IMG/VR virus record: IMGVR_UViG_3300035016_000042
Length of the DNA stretch: 44,423 bases
Strand: one strand, 5' to 3'
Source of the DNA: a virus
Taxonomy: Duplodnaviria > Caudoviricetes
This document shows positions 18,618 to 28,359 of the stretch, one piece after another. The translations under genes and the position numbers were made by a program. The notes beneath the pieces were generated by a model, which worked only from the letters and a program-made list of their open reading frames with translations, was not told the origin of the DNA and ran no database searches. How positions within the stretch are numbered: the first letter of the stretch is position 1; each line of letters opens with the position of its first letter.

Positions 18618-19172
18618 ATGACGAAGTTCAAAGGTTCGCTCTCGATCGCGCTCGCCACGTCCGACACGGTCGAGGTCAACGACCTGGTCGATAACGCCGG
18701 CAAGATCTCCTACAAGCACAACGTCACGTTCGACGACGCGAAGGTGTCGAAGATGACCGTTCCGACCACGCTGGGCGCGGGGCTGAAGGTCGAGTTCCTC
18801 GCCGAGGATGCCGTCGCCCGGGTGCTGGAGTTCGCCGCGGCCGGCACCGACAACTTCGACCTGGTCGGGGCCCTGACGGACCCGCAGGGCTCGGCGGTCA
18901 CACCGATCAAGCTCAAGGCGATCATCATCGAGAACCGTTCGCCGGGTAACAACGTGCTCGTCGGCGGCCACGCCTCGGCGGCGTTCTCGGAGTTCTTCGG
19001 TGACACGACGGACAAGGTCAAGGTCGGCAAGAACGGCGGCGTATTCGTCATGTCGTTCCCAGACGGTCTGACGATCACGCCCACGACCGACGACATCCTG
19101 CTGTTCACCGGCGCCGGCGACGACACGTCGACGTCGTGCAAGGTGGCGGTCGTCCTCGTCGTCGAGGTCTAA
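18618..19172 (+). CDS. Hypothetical virion structural protein
   Basis: 184-aa beta-rich ORF with AAAGGA RBS inside the tail module. Confidence 0.6.
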   Translation: MTKFKGSLSIALATSDTVEVNDLVDNAGKISYKHNVTFDDAKVSKMTVPTTLGAGLKVEFLAEDAVARVLEFAAAGTDNFDLVGALTDPQGSAVTPIKLKAIIIENRSPGNNVLVGGHASAAFSEFFGDTTDKVKVGKNGGVFVMSFPDGLTITPTTDDILLFTGAGDDTSTSCKVAVVLVVEV

Positions 19173-19264
19173 GGCGCGACCGCCGCCTGGCGAATTCAGT
19201 AACCACACGCCGGCCCGGGCCCCGAGGGGGAGGGCCTGGGCCGGCTCCCGGAACACCACGTATC

Positions 19265-20110
19265 ATGAACTTCCTCTACTTCGTCCCCACGCGCCAGAAG
19301 TCACTTACCAAGGCCAAGCTGGCGGAGCTCGGGCTCGGCTACGCGATCGACGAGAACACGTCGATCGGCAACCAGGACGCGCCCCGTGGTCCCGGCGACC
19401 AGTCCGGCCTGATCGTGTCGCTGCCACGCAAGGGCGGCAAGGCGTCCGCCACCCTCTATAAGCCCGATGCGCAGGTCTGGAAGCCCGGCCCGGAGGCTCG
19501 CTACTGGGTGGGGCTGAACAAGGGTGAGCGGCCCGGTCCCGACGACCTATGCCGCGCCAACCTTATAGGCGGCGAGCCCGTGAAGCTGCGCGACGGGCGG
19601 GCGTGGACGGTGCCGATCGCCCGGTCGGCGGTGGGGGGAAGCACGTTGCCCAAGGAACTGGTCCTATCGGACGACGGTCACGCTTGGGTCGAGGCGGACC
19701 TGGCGGAGTACTTCGCGCTGTCGAACCACGCGGCGAGGCTCTTCCCGCTGTTCTATGGCATCCCGCTCGTCGCGCCCGCGAGCGGCGATGGTGCGGATGG
19801 CGAAGCGGATGGGGAGGGCGAGTCTACAACGGCGACCGAAGAACCGCCGGAGCTGCCATGGCAGGAGGCGACCGACATGGCCGTCGACGCGATGGCGATC
19901 AACTACCGACTGTCGCGGATCGAGGCGTCGATGCTGCGGCTGTTCAGCACGGCGACGGTCAGGGACGTCCTGCAGGCGCTCGTGGACCTGCCGAACTTCC
20001 GGCGGGTCATGATCGACCGCCGGGGAAACGAGTTGGCCTCCGAGACCTCGTCTATCGGCGATGGATCGGAGGCCACCTGCCCCAATACCTCCCCAGCTAC
20101 TGCGACCTGA
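19265..20110 (+). CDS. Tail assembly chaperone (gpG-like); -1 frameshift product extends to 20184
   Basis: ATG 19265 (MNFLYF), directly upstream of the tape measure; slippery heptamer at 20023-20029. Confidence 0.75.
   Translation: MNFLYFVPTRQKSLTKAKLAELGLGYAIDENTSIGNQDAPRGPGDQSGLIVSLPRKGGKASATLYKPDAQVWKPGPEARYWVGLNKGERPGPDDLCRANLIGGEPVKLRDGRAWTVPIARSAVGGSTLPKELVLSDDGHAWVEADLAEYFALSNHAARLFPLFYGIPLVAPASGDGADGEADGEGESTTATEEPPELPWQEATDMAVDAMAINYRLSRIEASMLRLFSTATVRDVLQALVDLPNFRRVMIDRRGNELASETSSIGDGSEATCPNTSPATAT
20023..20029 (+). promoter_or_regulatory. Programmed -1 frameshift site G GGA AAC
   Basis: X XXY YYZ heptamer in the correct phase; -1 frame stays open to TGA ending 20184, 10 nt before the tape measure ATG. 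Confidence 0.75.
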
Positions 20111-20194
20111 AGCTGTACGAGATCGACGGCACCCCGCCCGTCGGCCGCGTCGACGTCGTCCACCATTATCCCCACCGACGCTGAGTAACTACCT

Positions 20195-22336
20195 ATGGCC
20201 GGGACCGTAAAACTGATCGTCGATGCGGATACGAGCAAGGGCGTCAGCGAATTCGCCAAGATGACGGCCGAGGAGCGCAAGGCGGCGCTGGAGTTCGCCA
20301 AGCTCACGCGCGATGCACGCGCGGCCGAATTGCAGATGGAAAAGCTGGCGGCAGCCGGCACGCGAGCCGGTCGCGCTCAAGTGTCTGCATCCCAACGGCT
20401 CGTCGGCGGGATCCAGGCCCGAACGCGTGGCGATGCGGGCATGGCCCTCACCCAGGCGCAGCGTCAGGCGCTGCGCACCGGCCAGGGATACACCGGCAAC
20501 GACCGGGCGGTCGCGATCGCCCGACAGTTTCAGGCCCGCGAACTGCGCGACCAGCGGGCGTTCCAACAGTTCATCACCAAACGGAACGCCGGCTGGTCTG
20601 CCGTCGATCTCGATCGAACTGCCGTGCTCGGGGCCGGGGGGCGGAACGGCTACAACACGGGCAACCTCGTCGCCGACATCGGCTCCGATGCCGAGCACTA
20701 CGCCGAGTTGGACCGCAAGCGCAAAGCGCGAATTGCCCAAGGCAAGGCCAACGATCTGGACGTGTTCGGTTCCCGCATGGAAGCCGACCGTGTAGCAAAG
20801 CAGAAGTTCCTCGAGCGTCGCCAGTCGGTTGCCACAGGGGCCCTGGCGGTGGGTGCCGCGGTCGGGGGAATGGCTGAGGCGGCGGACCAGAAGCTGACCG
20901 CTTACGCCGACAAGATCGTGCAGGCCGAAGATCAGATGGCCGGCCTGTACGGCGTCGGCGACAACCCCGCCACGCGCCGGCAGCTGCGGCGAGGCGCGAT
21001 CGCCACGTCGATCGGTGCGGGCATGTCCTTGGAGGACGTCGCCGACCTTCGCGGTCGTATGGAGTCGGCATTCGATGAGGCGAGCATGCCGGCGTCCGCC
21101 AAGCGCGAGGCGGAGTCGGCGGCGATCAAGTACCGCAAGCTGGGCGTGCGGGATTCCACCAGCACGGCGCTGGGGCTCGGCGCGCTTTACTCGACGTACG
21201 GTGACGATCTGGGCGGCGGCGGTGGGGCGATGCGCCTGCTGGCCAACCGCCTGCAGCACTCGGCCGACGTCGGCGCGTTCGATCCCGACCAAGTCACTCC
21301 GTACCTGGCCATGATGGGACAGGCGTACAAGGGGGCCGGCTACAGGGACACCGACATGTTCGCGTCGGCGGCGCTGGCGTCGAAGACCGGCATGCGGGCC
21401 GAGGCCTTCTCGACCGGCGTGCGCAACCTGCCGCTGCTGATGATGGAGGGCAAGAAAAAGGGCTTTCAGCAGACCGGCGACTTCGCGGCCGACGTCGGCC
21501 AGTTGGCAAAGATGGAGAGCCCCGAGCTGCTCGACCTCGTCGGGCGCGACGTGTTCGTCGTCGCCAAGATGTTCGCCGACAACACGGCGCTGCTGAAGAC
21601 GTACATCGCCGCCCAACAACAGATCACCGCACAGCAGGACACGCTCGGCGCCAAGATCGGCCAGATGATGACCGACCGTGCCTTCAACACGGCCGAGACG
21701 ATCAAGAGCGCACGCCAAGTGCAGGAAAACGCGCCGCTGATCCAGTCGGAACTGCCAGGGATGAGCGAGGCGATCACGGAGTTTGAGATTCGCAAGGCTG
21801 GCCGCGCCGCCACGTCGAACCCGCTATTCAGTTGGCTCGACAAGCCGGCCGTCTGGATGGGCGCTGCTGCAAATTCCCTGTACGAGGCCACGGATGGGCA
21901 CCTCGGCTACGACGACACGCGAGACCGACGCAGCGGCCTGACGCACATGATCGCCGGCGCGATCGACTCCGGCGACAAGTTGAAGGCCGGTTACCTGACG
22001 CTCATGGGGGGAGAGGACACGGGCAGCTACTTCACCAGGTCGGACGGAAAGCGACAGTACACGAGCAGGCGCGACGCCGACGACTGGATCGAGATGCGCA
22101 CGAAGGGCGGCTACGACGATCTTTCGGCCAACGAGTACACCCAGTACAGGCAGATGCAGGCGGCCGGCAACGGCGGCGAAGCCAAGGCGTTCCTCGAACA
22201 GGTCGGCAAGAGCCTGTCCGCCGCCGCCGACAAGCTCTCCGCTGTCGCGGACCGAATGAACGGCGAGGACCGCGATCGCGCGGCCTGGACGGACGGCACC
22301 AACAACCACGGCGAGTCGTCCGGCGGAGACTTCTGA
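20195..22336 (+). CDS. Tail tape measure protein
   Basis: 713-aa Ala/Gly-rich helical protein starting MAGTVKLIVDADTS after the frameshifting chaperone. Confidence 0.85.
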   Translation: MAGTVKLIVDADTSKGVSEFAKMTAEERKAALEFAKLTRDARAAELQMEKLAAAGTRAGRAQVSASQRLVGGIQARTRGDAGMALTQAQRQALRTGQGYTGNDRAVAIARQFQARELRDQRAFQQFITKRNAGWSAVDLDRTAVLGAGGRNGYNTGNLVADIGSDAEHYAELDRKRKARIAQGKANDLDVFGSRMEADRVAKQKFLERRQSVATGALAVGAAVGGMAEAADQKLTAYADKIVQAEDQMAGLYGVGDNPATRRQLRRGAIATSIGAGMSLEDVADLRGRMESAFDEASMPASAKREAESAAIKYRKLGVRDSTSTALGLGALYSTYGDDLGGGGGAMRLLANRLQHSADVGAFDPDQVTPYLAMMGQAYKGAGYRDTDMFASAALASKTGMRAEAFSTGVRNLPLLMMEGKKKGFQQTGDFAADVGQLAKMESPELLDLVGRDVFVVAKMFADNTALLKTYIAAQQQITAQQDTLGAKIGQMMTDRAFNTAETIKSARQVQENAPLIQSELPGMSEAITEFEIRKAGRAATSNPLFSWLDKPAVWMGAAANSLYEATDGHLGYDDTRDRRSGLTHMIAGAIDSGDKLKAGYLTLMGGEDTGSYFTRSDGKRQYTSRRDADDWIEMRTKGGYDDLSANEYTQYRQMQAAGNGGEAKAFLEQVGKSLSAAADKLSAVADRMNGEDRDRAAWTDGTNNHGESSGGDF

Positions 22337-22767
22337 TGCTGACCTACATCTATTCCGCCGACGGTGCGATCTACCCGTTCACGGTCGCCAAGGGCGACGC
22401 GCCCCAGCCGTTGCAACAGTCGGTGCGCGAGGTCTCGCGCCCGGGCGTGAACGGGCATGCCTTCCGCTGGGAGGGAAAGCGGTCGGAGCCGTTCGAGATC
22501 ATCGTCGGTCGCGATCACACGTCGGTCATGGAGGCGGTGGACTTTCTCCTCCGGTACCGCGAACTGGTGGGCTCGCTCGTCACGTACGTCGATCAGATGG
22601 GCGTCCGGTCGGACAGCGTCATGGTGCACAACATGCGGCGCGAGCCGATGAGCCGGATGATCGGCATCAGCGGTCGTCGCATCAACGCCGCGCCCGGCTA
22701 CTGGCAATGGGTGCGGTTCACGCTGCAATTGACCATCCTGCCGCCGGCCCCGAACGGGGGAGGGTAG
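22336..22767 (+). CDS. Putative distal tail protein
   Basis: TGATG-coupled to the tape measure; RPGVNG motif; synteny. Confidence 0.55.
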   Translation: MLTYIYSADGAIYPFTVAKGDAPQPLQQSVREVSRPGVNGHAFRWEGKRSEPFEIIVGRDHTSVMEAVDFLLRYRELVGSLVTYVDQMGVRSDSVMVHNMRREPMSRMIGISGRRINAAPGYWQWVRFTLQLTILPPAPNGGG

Positions 22768-22770
22768 CCC

Positions 22771-23292
22771 ATGGCCGTCATCGACATGAAGGCCGTCCGC
22801 GCCGGTCACCTGACGTGGCGGTTCACGTGGGCCTCGACGCTGGCAGCGCCGGTGACGTTCTACGTCTACCGCGACGGCGCGCCGGTCCTGACCACGACGC
22901 GGACCGAGGCGACGATCCCGGTCACGGCGGGCGAGTCGCCGCTGATCGAGATATTCGACGGCCCGGCCGACCGACCCGACCAGGCGTTCCCGTCGTTCGC
23001 GACCGTCAACTGGTACGCGACGCCCGGGGCAGCCTCGTACCGCGTGCAGCGGCTGGACGGCTCGCGGTGGACCACGCTGGCGACGCTCGACGACGACGGC
23101 CGCGGCTACTTCGAGTGGCGCAGCCGCCCGCTGGCGGACGGCACGACGTATCGCTACCGAGTCGTGCCCGTCGCCGCCGGCGGCACGGAGGGCATCGGCG
23201 GCGAGGTCGTCCTGCTGATGGTCCGCCGCCCCGACGTGCCCACCTGCCGCTACGCCTATGACCCCGCCACCGGCCAGATGACCGTCCGGTGA
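22771..23292 (+). CDS. Tail protein with fibronectin type III-like domain
   Basis: W..TPGAASYRVQR..W..LA...LADGTTYRYRVVPV..GTEG FN3 pattern. Confidence 0.7.
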   Translation: MAVIDMKAVRAGHLTWRFTWASTLAAPVTFYVYRDGAPVLTTTRTEATIPVTAGESPLIEIFDGPADRPDQAFPSFATVNWYATPGAASYRVQRLDGSRWTTLATLDDDGRGYFEWRSRPLADGTTYRYRVVPVAAGGTEGIGGEVVLLMVRRPDVPTCRYAYDPATGQMTVR

Positions 23293-23346
23293 CGGGCCGA
23301 CCGGCGCGGTAAGCCAAAACTAACCATTTAGAAGGAGATCCTCCCG

Positions 23347-24381
23347 ATGCCCGACCAATTCACGCGCGCCGATTCCATCCGCTTCTACGGCTCCGGTGCC
23401 AACAGCGACGGCAACACGCAGGCCAACGCGGACCTGTCACTGGGCAACTACCGGTCGTCGCTGGAGGTGCAGAGCCTCTCGTGGACGATCGTGAACCCGA
23501 TCAGCAACGTCACGATCCTGTCGGCCAGCGACAACAACGGCACGGGGGCCGGCACGCTCGCCGTCACCGGCGACGACACGCTCACCTGGACCGCGCCCGG
23601 CGGGGCGGCCGGGGTCGCGGTGACGATCCTCTCCGGCGAAACGAAGACGCTGGAATCGTTCCTGGACCCGTCGAAGTTCATCCGCGTGCAGCGTACGAAC
23701 ACGACGCCGCTGGCGGGGAACGCGACCGTGACGCTCGCGGAGGTGTTCAACAACGTGATCGGCTTTGACAACGTGCTGTCGGCCGAGGCGAGCACCGGCG
23801 ACAGCGAGTACCGGCTGACCGTCATCAAGAACCTCAACGCGACGGCGATCGGCGCGGTGAAGGTCTGGATCGGCACGCTCGGCACGCAACGGGTCAGCGC
23901 CAGCACCCAACTGGGCGCGGCCGGCGCAGGCACGGTCACGATCTCGGCCGGCACGTTCGACGATTGGCCCGACACTGGATTCTGCCACATCAAGAACGGC
24001 GCCAACACGCGCGAGGTCGTCTACTACAGCGCGCGGACCAGCACCGTCCTGACCGTCCCGGCGACGGGCCGGGCGATGCTCGGCACGACCGCCGCGGCCG
24101 GCGCGGCGACCGACACGCTCGACGCGGTGCCCGGCATCCGCATCGCCCGCGTCGCGCCCAGCTCGCAGCCATCGGGGAACTTCGCGACGATCGCCAACGA
24201 GAACACCGCGCCGGCCGGCGTCGTGACCTGGAGCCTGGGCACGACCGCCGCCGACGGGCTGGACGTCGGCACGCTGGCGTCGCAGAACATCCAGGGCATC
24301 TGGATCCACCGGCAGGTCCCGCCCTCGGCCGTCGCGGCGCCGTCCGTGCGGCACCGCCTGCGCGCGTCGTTCGACGCCTGA
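23347..24381 (+). CDS. Tail-associated structural protein
   Basis: 344-aa Thr/Gly/Ala-rich beta protein, AAGGAG RBS. Confidence 0.65.
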   Translation: MPDQFTRADSIRFYGSGANSDGNTQANADLSLGNYRSSLEVQSLSWTIVNPISNVTILSASDNNGTGAGTLAVTGDDTLTWTAPGGAAGVAVTILSGETKTLESFLDPSKFIRVQRTNTTPLAGNATVTLAEVFNNVIGFDNVLSAEASTGDSEYRLTVIKNLNATAIGAVKVWIGTLGTQRVSASTQLGAAGAGTVTISAGTFDDWPDTGFCHIKNGANTREVVYYSARTSTVLTVPATGRAMLGTTAAAGAATDTLDAVPGIRIARVAPSSQPSGNFATIANENTAPAGVVTWSLGTTAADGLDVGTLASQNIQGIWIHRQVPPSAVAAPSVRHRLRASFDA

Positions 24382-24410
24382 TCGGGGTCGCCTGAACACG
24401 GAGCAGCACG

Positions 24411-25910
24411 ATGGCCGAGTTTGAGTCCAGCGCCACCGGCACGCACGCGGTGGCCGCCGTCGCGTCCTACGAGGCGCTCGCCGACGGCGCGTACCGCCAT
24501 TGGGAACCGTTCGAGCTTCAGTCGTGCGGCACCCACGCTGTGGCGGCGGTCGAGGCCTTCGCGATCGCGATCGCCGGCGCGTTCCTCCATTGGTCCGCCT
24601 TCGAGCAGGCCACGGGCGGACGGCACGCCTCGGCGGCGGTCGCGGGGTTCACTGCCGCCACCGCCGGGCGGCACCGGTACCTGGTGCCGCTGGCGCTCGA
24701 CGCCGGCGGCGGACACGCCCGGCTCGGCCCGGCGTCGTACCTGACCGGGACGCGGGGCGGCCACGCCTACCTCCAGCCGATCGCCGTCGCGGTCGGTGGC
24801 AACTTCGCGGTCCTGCCGGCCACGTCGTTCTTCTCGGGGGCGGGCGGGACGTTCGCGGCGTTGACGGCTTACTCGGCCGGCGGCGGCGGCGCCTACCTTG
24901 TGGCGGCCGTCGACACGTTCGGGCTCGACGCCAGCGGGTGGCACCGCATCGGCCAGTCGATCGTCTCGGGCTTCGGGGGCGGGTACGCGGTCGAGCAGAT
25001 CGTCGGCTACGCCCACGGGTTCGGCGGGAGCTTCCGGCACATGGCGACGTTCGCCGCGGGCGGCACGGGCGGCTCGCACGCGCGGGCCGGCATCGTCACG
25101 TACTCGCTCGACTCTATCGGCCGGCACGCTCGCCTGCAGGTCTACGACCGTGCATGGGGCGGCCTGCACATGCGCGGCGTCACACGGATGGCCGCCGGGA
25201 CGCGCGGCCGGCACGTGGTGCGGCTGGGCTTCGCTGGCGGTGCCTCGGGCCTGGCCCGCATCGCCAACGACGCGCTGGCCCGCTACGAACTGCACGTCGG
25301 CGCGGGCGGCCCGCCGGACCTGTCGCTGCCCCCGACCTTCACGAGCCCTGTCCGACCGTTCAGCGTGCCGCTGGCGCCGGGCGGCACCTACCACCTCGTC
25401 ACCAACTACCGCAACGCGTACAACCTCGTCAGCCGCGGCGTCGAGGCGACCGTGATCGCGATCGCCGCAGACGCGCAGCCCGAACCGACCCCACCGTCGG
25501 CCCCGTCGGACGCGCTGGTGACGCCCGAGGGCGGCGATGCGGTGCGGATCACCGCTCTCTACGACTACGGTGCCGACGGGACCGCATCGGCCGACCGGTT
25601 CCTCGTCTACGCGACGCGCGACGGGTCCGACCCGGATCCCGACGGCGACGCGTCGTACGTCGTGCCGTTCGCCCGCGTCGATGGCCTCGGGAAGCTGAGC
25701 TTTCGCGTGGGCAGCCTGTCGCCGGGGCAGACCGTCCGGGCGATCGTGCGCATGCGCCGGGGGGAGCAGGGCGGCCCGACCGGCCCCGCCTCGCCGCTGC
25801 TGGTCGCCACGCTGCCCGTCGCGCCGGTCGGCGTGCCCAACCCGGCGGCGCTGCTCGGCACCGTCGCCAAGCAACAGCAATTGTCGCGCGACCCCGTGCC
25901 GCACCCGTAG
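24411..25910 (+). CDS. Tail fibre-like protein with 30-aa Gly/His repeats and C-terminal FN3-like domain
   Basis: About nine 30-residue repeats (GTHAVAAVASYEALAD-GAYRHWEPFELQSC etc.), then PPSAPSDALV.. FN3-like segment. Confidence 0.65.
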   Translation: MAEFESSATGTHAVAAVASYEALADGAYRHWEPFELQSCGTHAVAAVEAFAIAIAGAFLHWSAFEQATGGRHASAAVAGFTAATAGRHRYLVPLALDAGGGHARLGPASYLTGTRGGHAYLQPIAVAVGGNFAVLPATSFFSGAGGTFAALTAYSAGGGGAYLVAAVDTFGLDASGWHRIGQSIVSGFGGGYAVEQIVGYAHGFGGSFRHMATFAAGGTGGSHARAGIVTYSLDSIGRHARLQVYDRAWGGLHMRGVTRMAAGTRGRHVVRLGFAGGASGLARIANDALARYELHVGAGGPPDLSLPPTFTSPVRPFSVPLAPGGTYHLVTNYRNAYNLVSRGVEATVIAIAADAQPEPTPPSAPSDALVTPEGGDAVRITALYDYGADGTASADRFLVYATRDGSDPDPDGDASYVVPFARVDGLGKLSFRVGSLSPGQTVRAIVRMRRGEQGGPTGPASPLLVATLPVAPVGVPNPAALLGTVAKQQQLSRDPVPHP

Positions 25911-25921
25911 GATCGACCGAT

Positions 25922-28150
25922 ATGGCCAGTGAACAACTCCCGCCCCTCGAACCGCTGCCCGCCGTGCGCCCGCCCGACCGCCTGCGCGTGCTGCTGAAGC
26001 GGAGCTGGGCCGACCCGTGGACGGCGATGCCGTACCTCGTGCCGATCTCGGCCACCGAGCCGCTGTCCCCGAGCATCGCCAAGGCGCGGTTCCGGTACGA
26101 CGCCGGCTACATCAAGCGGGAGGACGCGCGCGAGTACGAGACGTTCGTCCCGCTGGACTTCCGCGACTGGTTCGTGCGCATCGAGAAGCTCGGCCAGGTC
26201 GACGCGTCGTCGGGCAAGCCGGCGCCGCCCCGGCCGCTGTGGACCGGGCGGATCGTCGACGACCTCTACGAGCCGCACGGCACCGACGTGCCGGGCTCGG
26301 CCGACCAGGGCCTCGACGCCTACGGGCTGGAGCACCTGCTGGACCGCCGCGACGTGGCGACGAGCTGGGTCGCAGACGATGGGCAGGGGGGCTTCGGCCA
26401 GTTCGAGATCGGACACGCGCTGATCTTCAACGACCGGACGATCCGGGGCCTGAGCAACCACGGCAACCGCAGCCTGAACCGCATCGGCGCCGACCCGCTG
26501 GCCGACCCTCCCACCGAGGGCGGGTCGTACGCGTTCGACAAGTTCGCCAACCAGAAGGAGAGCGCCAGCGACGACGCAGGGGCGCCGGCCGTCTCGCAGG
26601 CGTGGAGCGCCTACGACATCGCGGAGTACCTGCTGGCCAACTACACCGATCCGGACATCGGCTGGCGGCTGTCCGGCGCCCAGGACGTGCTCGACTGCCT
26701 GCGGGCGATCAAGCCGCCGCGGTTCGACCCCGGCAAGGGCCAGAGCCTCAAGCAACTGCTCGACCGGCTGTTCGACCGGCGGCGCGGGTTCGGGTGGCGC
26801 GTGCGCGTCGGCCTGGCCGCGCCGGCGGGTGGCGGTGCGGGCGGCGCCAAGCCCGAGGTGGCGGAGGTCGAGGTGCTGAGCCTGATCGGCGAGCCGGTCG
26901 TGATCGACGACGTGACGATCCCGACGGCCGTCGCGGCGACCGTGCTCGACACCGACACGTTCGGCCACTGGATCGACACGCCCTCGATCGAGACCAGCTC
27001 GGCGGTCCGCTACGGCCGCATCGTCGCCGTCGGGCCCCGCACGATCTCCTGCTGCACGTTCTCGGTCGCCGAGGGGACGTTGGTCAAGGGGTGGACCGAC
27101 GACGAACAGACCGGGTACGCCGACACGCTAGCGCCCGGCGCGACCGCCGATCCGAACGCATCGGACGACGAGCGTGCGAGCGAGAAGTTCCGCCACGTCT
27201 ACGCGCACTACCTGGTGAAGCGGGACTGGGACTGGCTGAGCAAGAACGGCGAGCCGGCGACGCCGGCGTTGGCGTTTCCGGTCGCCCCGGCGTTGGATGA
27301 CAACGGCAAGCTGAAGTCCCCGCGGGCGCCCGCCGACGCGCGCAGCTGGGGGCACGTGTTCCTCAAGTCGCTGCCGCTGCCCAAGCCGCAAAAGCAGGCC
27401 GACGACGGCACGGCCGAGCCGGGGTACCGCGAGATGTTCGCGCTCGTCGAGCGCCCCGAGTCGGGCACGCCCGGCCAGCCGGGCCACCGGGCGAAGCGGC
27501 ACGTGTTCCTGGACAACCCCGGCGGCGACGGCGACCCGTCCTGCAACGTGCAGCCGCTCGACGCGGAGTTCGGCGTCGAGCTACGCCTGCGGCCGAACCA
27601 CCTGATCGCCCGCGGCACGTTCTCGTCGGCCAGCGGCACGAAGTCCAAGCGCGAGCCGGTGTACGATTACCGCACGCTGCTCGTGACGGCCGCCATCGAG
27701 ACCGACCAGCGGCTGCGCGTCGCGGTCGACGTGCCCGGCGGCGACCCGAAGCGCGTCCTGACGATCGACGTGGCCGACGCGCAATTCTGGTTCGTGCTCA
27801 AGGGCACGGTGACCGACGTCGTCGGCGGCAAGCTCGTGCGGCATGAGGCCGACGAGGTGGTGCGCGACGACTCGGACCAGCTCCGCCAGGTGGCGGCGAT
27901 GGGGCGGGCGTGGTACGGCCGCAGGCGGGCGGCGCTGTCGTTCACGCTGAAGTACGTGGCCGACGAGTTCCCGGCCGGCACGTTCGTCGGGTCGATGGTC
28001 GACCGGGCGAACGATGAGCCGGTCAACAGCGCGATCAGCAGCCGCACTTGGGACTTCGTGCAGGGCACGACGACCTACCGCACGGATTACTGCGAACTCG
28101 ACTTGTCGCTTGCAGCATCGCGGCCGCGGCGGCGGAAAGGACGGTTATGA
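25922..28150 (+). CDS. Putative tail tip/hub protein
   Basis: ATG 25922 (MASEQL); 742 aa; LWTGRI and GLEHLLDR resemble hub proteins; upstream part of the long ORF overlaps the previous gene. Confidence 0.65.
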   Translation: MASEQLPPLEPLPAVRPPDRLRVLLKRSWADPWTAMPYLVPISATEPLSPSIAKARFRYDAGYIKREDAREYETFVPLDFRDWFVRIEKLGQVDASSGKPAPPRPLWTGRIVDDLYEPHGTDVPGSADQGLDAYGLEHLLDRRDVATSWVADDGQGGFGQFEIGHALIFNDRTIRGLSNHGNRSLNRIGADPLADPPTEGGSYAFDKFANQKESASDDAGAPAVSQAWSAYDIAEYLLANYTDPDIGWRLSGAQDVLDCLRAIKPPRFDPGKGQSLKQLLDRLFDRRRGFGWRVRVGLAAPAGGGAGGAKPEVAEVEVLSLIGEPVVIDDVTIPTAVAATVLDTDTFGHWIDTPSIETSSAVRYGRIVAVGPRTISCCTFSVAEGTLVKGWTDDEQTGYADTLAPGATADPNASDDERASEKFRHVYAHYLVKRDWDWLSKNGEPATPALAFPVAPALDDNGKLKSPRAPADARSWGHVFLKSLPLPKPQKQADDGTAEPGYREMFALVERPESGTPGQPGHRAKRHVFLDNPGGDGDPSCNVQPLDAEFGVELRLRPNHLIARGTFSSASGTKSKREPVYDYRTLLVTAAIETDQRLRVAVDVPGGDPKRVLTIDVADAQFWFVLKGTVTDVVGGKLVRHEADEVVRDDSDQLRQVAAMGRAWYGRRRAALSFTLKYVADEFPAGTFVGSMVDRANDEPVNSAISSRTWDFVQGTTTYRTDYCELDLSLAASRPRRRKGRL

Positions 28151-28353
28151 CTGGTTCGGAGGCACGATTGGGCATGGTGGAAGAGGACGTGGCGGCGCTG
28201 CGCCGCGCGCAGGCGGGCGTCCCCGCTCGGTTCGCGACGAACACCGGCTGGCGTCCGCCGGCCGGCAAGCGGTACCAGGTGGTGCAGGTCATCGACGACT
28301 ACAACACGATCGGCGTCGACGACGTGCGGTTCCGGAAACCGGAGAAGGTGTAA
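28147..28353 (+). CDS. Small hypothetical tail-region protein
   Basis: ATGA-coupled to the upstream gene, 68 aa. Confidence 0.6.
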   Translation: MTGSEARLGMVEEDVAALRRAQAGVPARFATNTGWRPPAGKRYQVVQVIDDYNTIGVDDVRFRKPEKV

Positions 28354-28359
28354 CCCGCC

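Noticed and set aside
24500-25921. N-terminal part of the 1216-aa ORF
   Set aside because: Arg/Gly-rich off-frame reading overlapping the repeat protein; likely start is 25922
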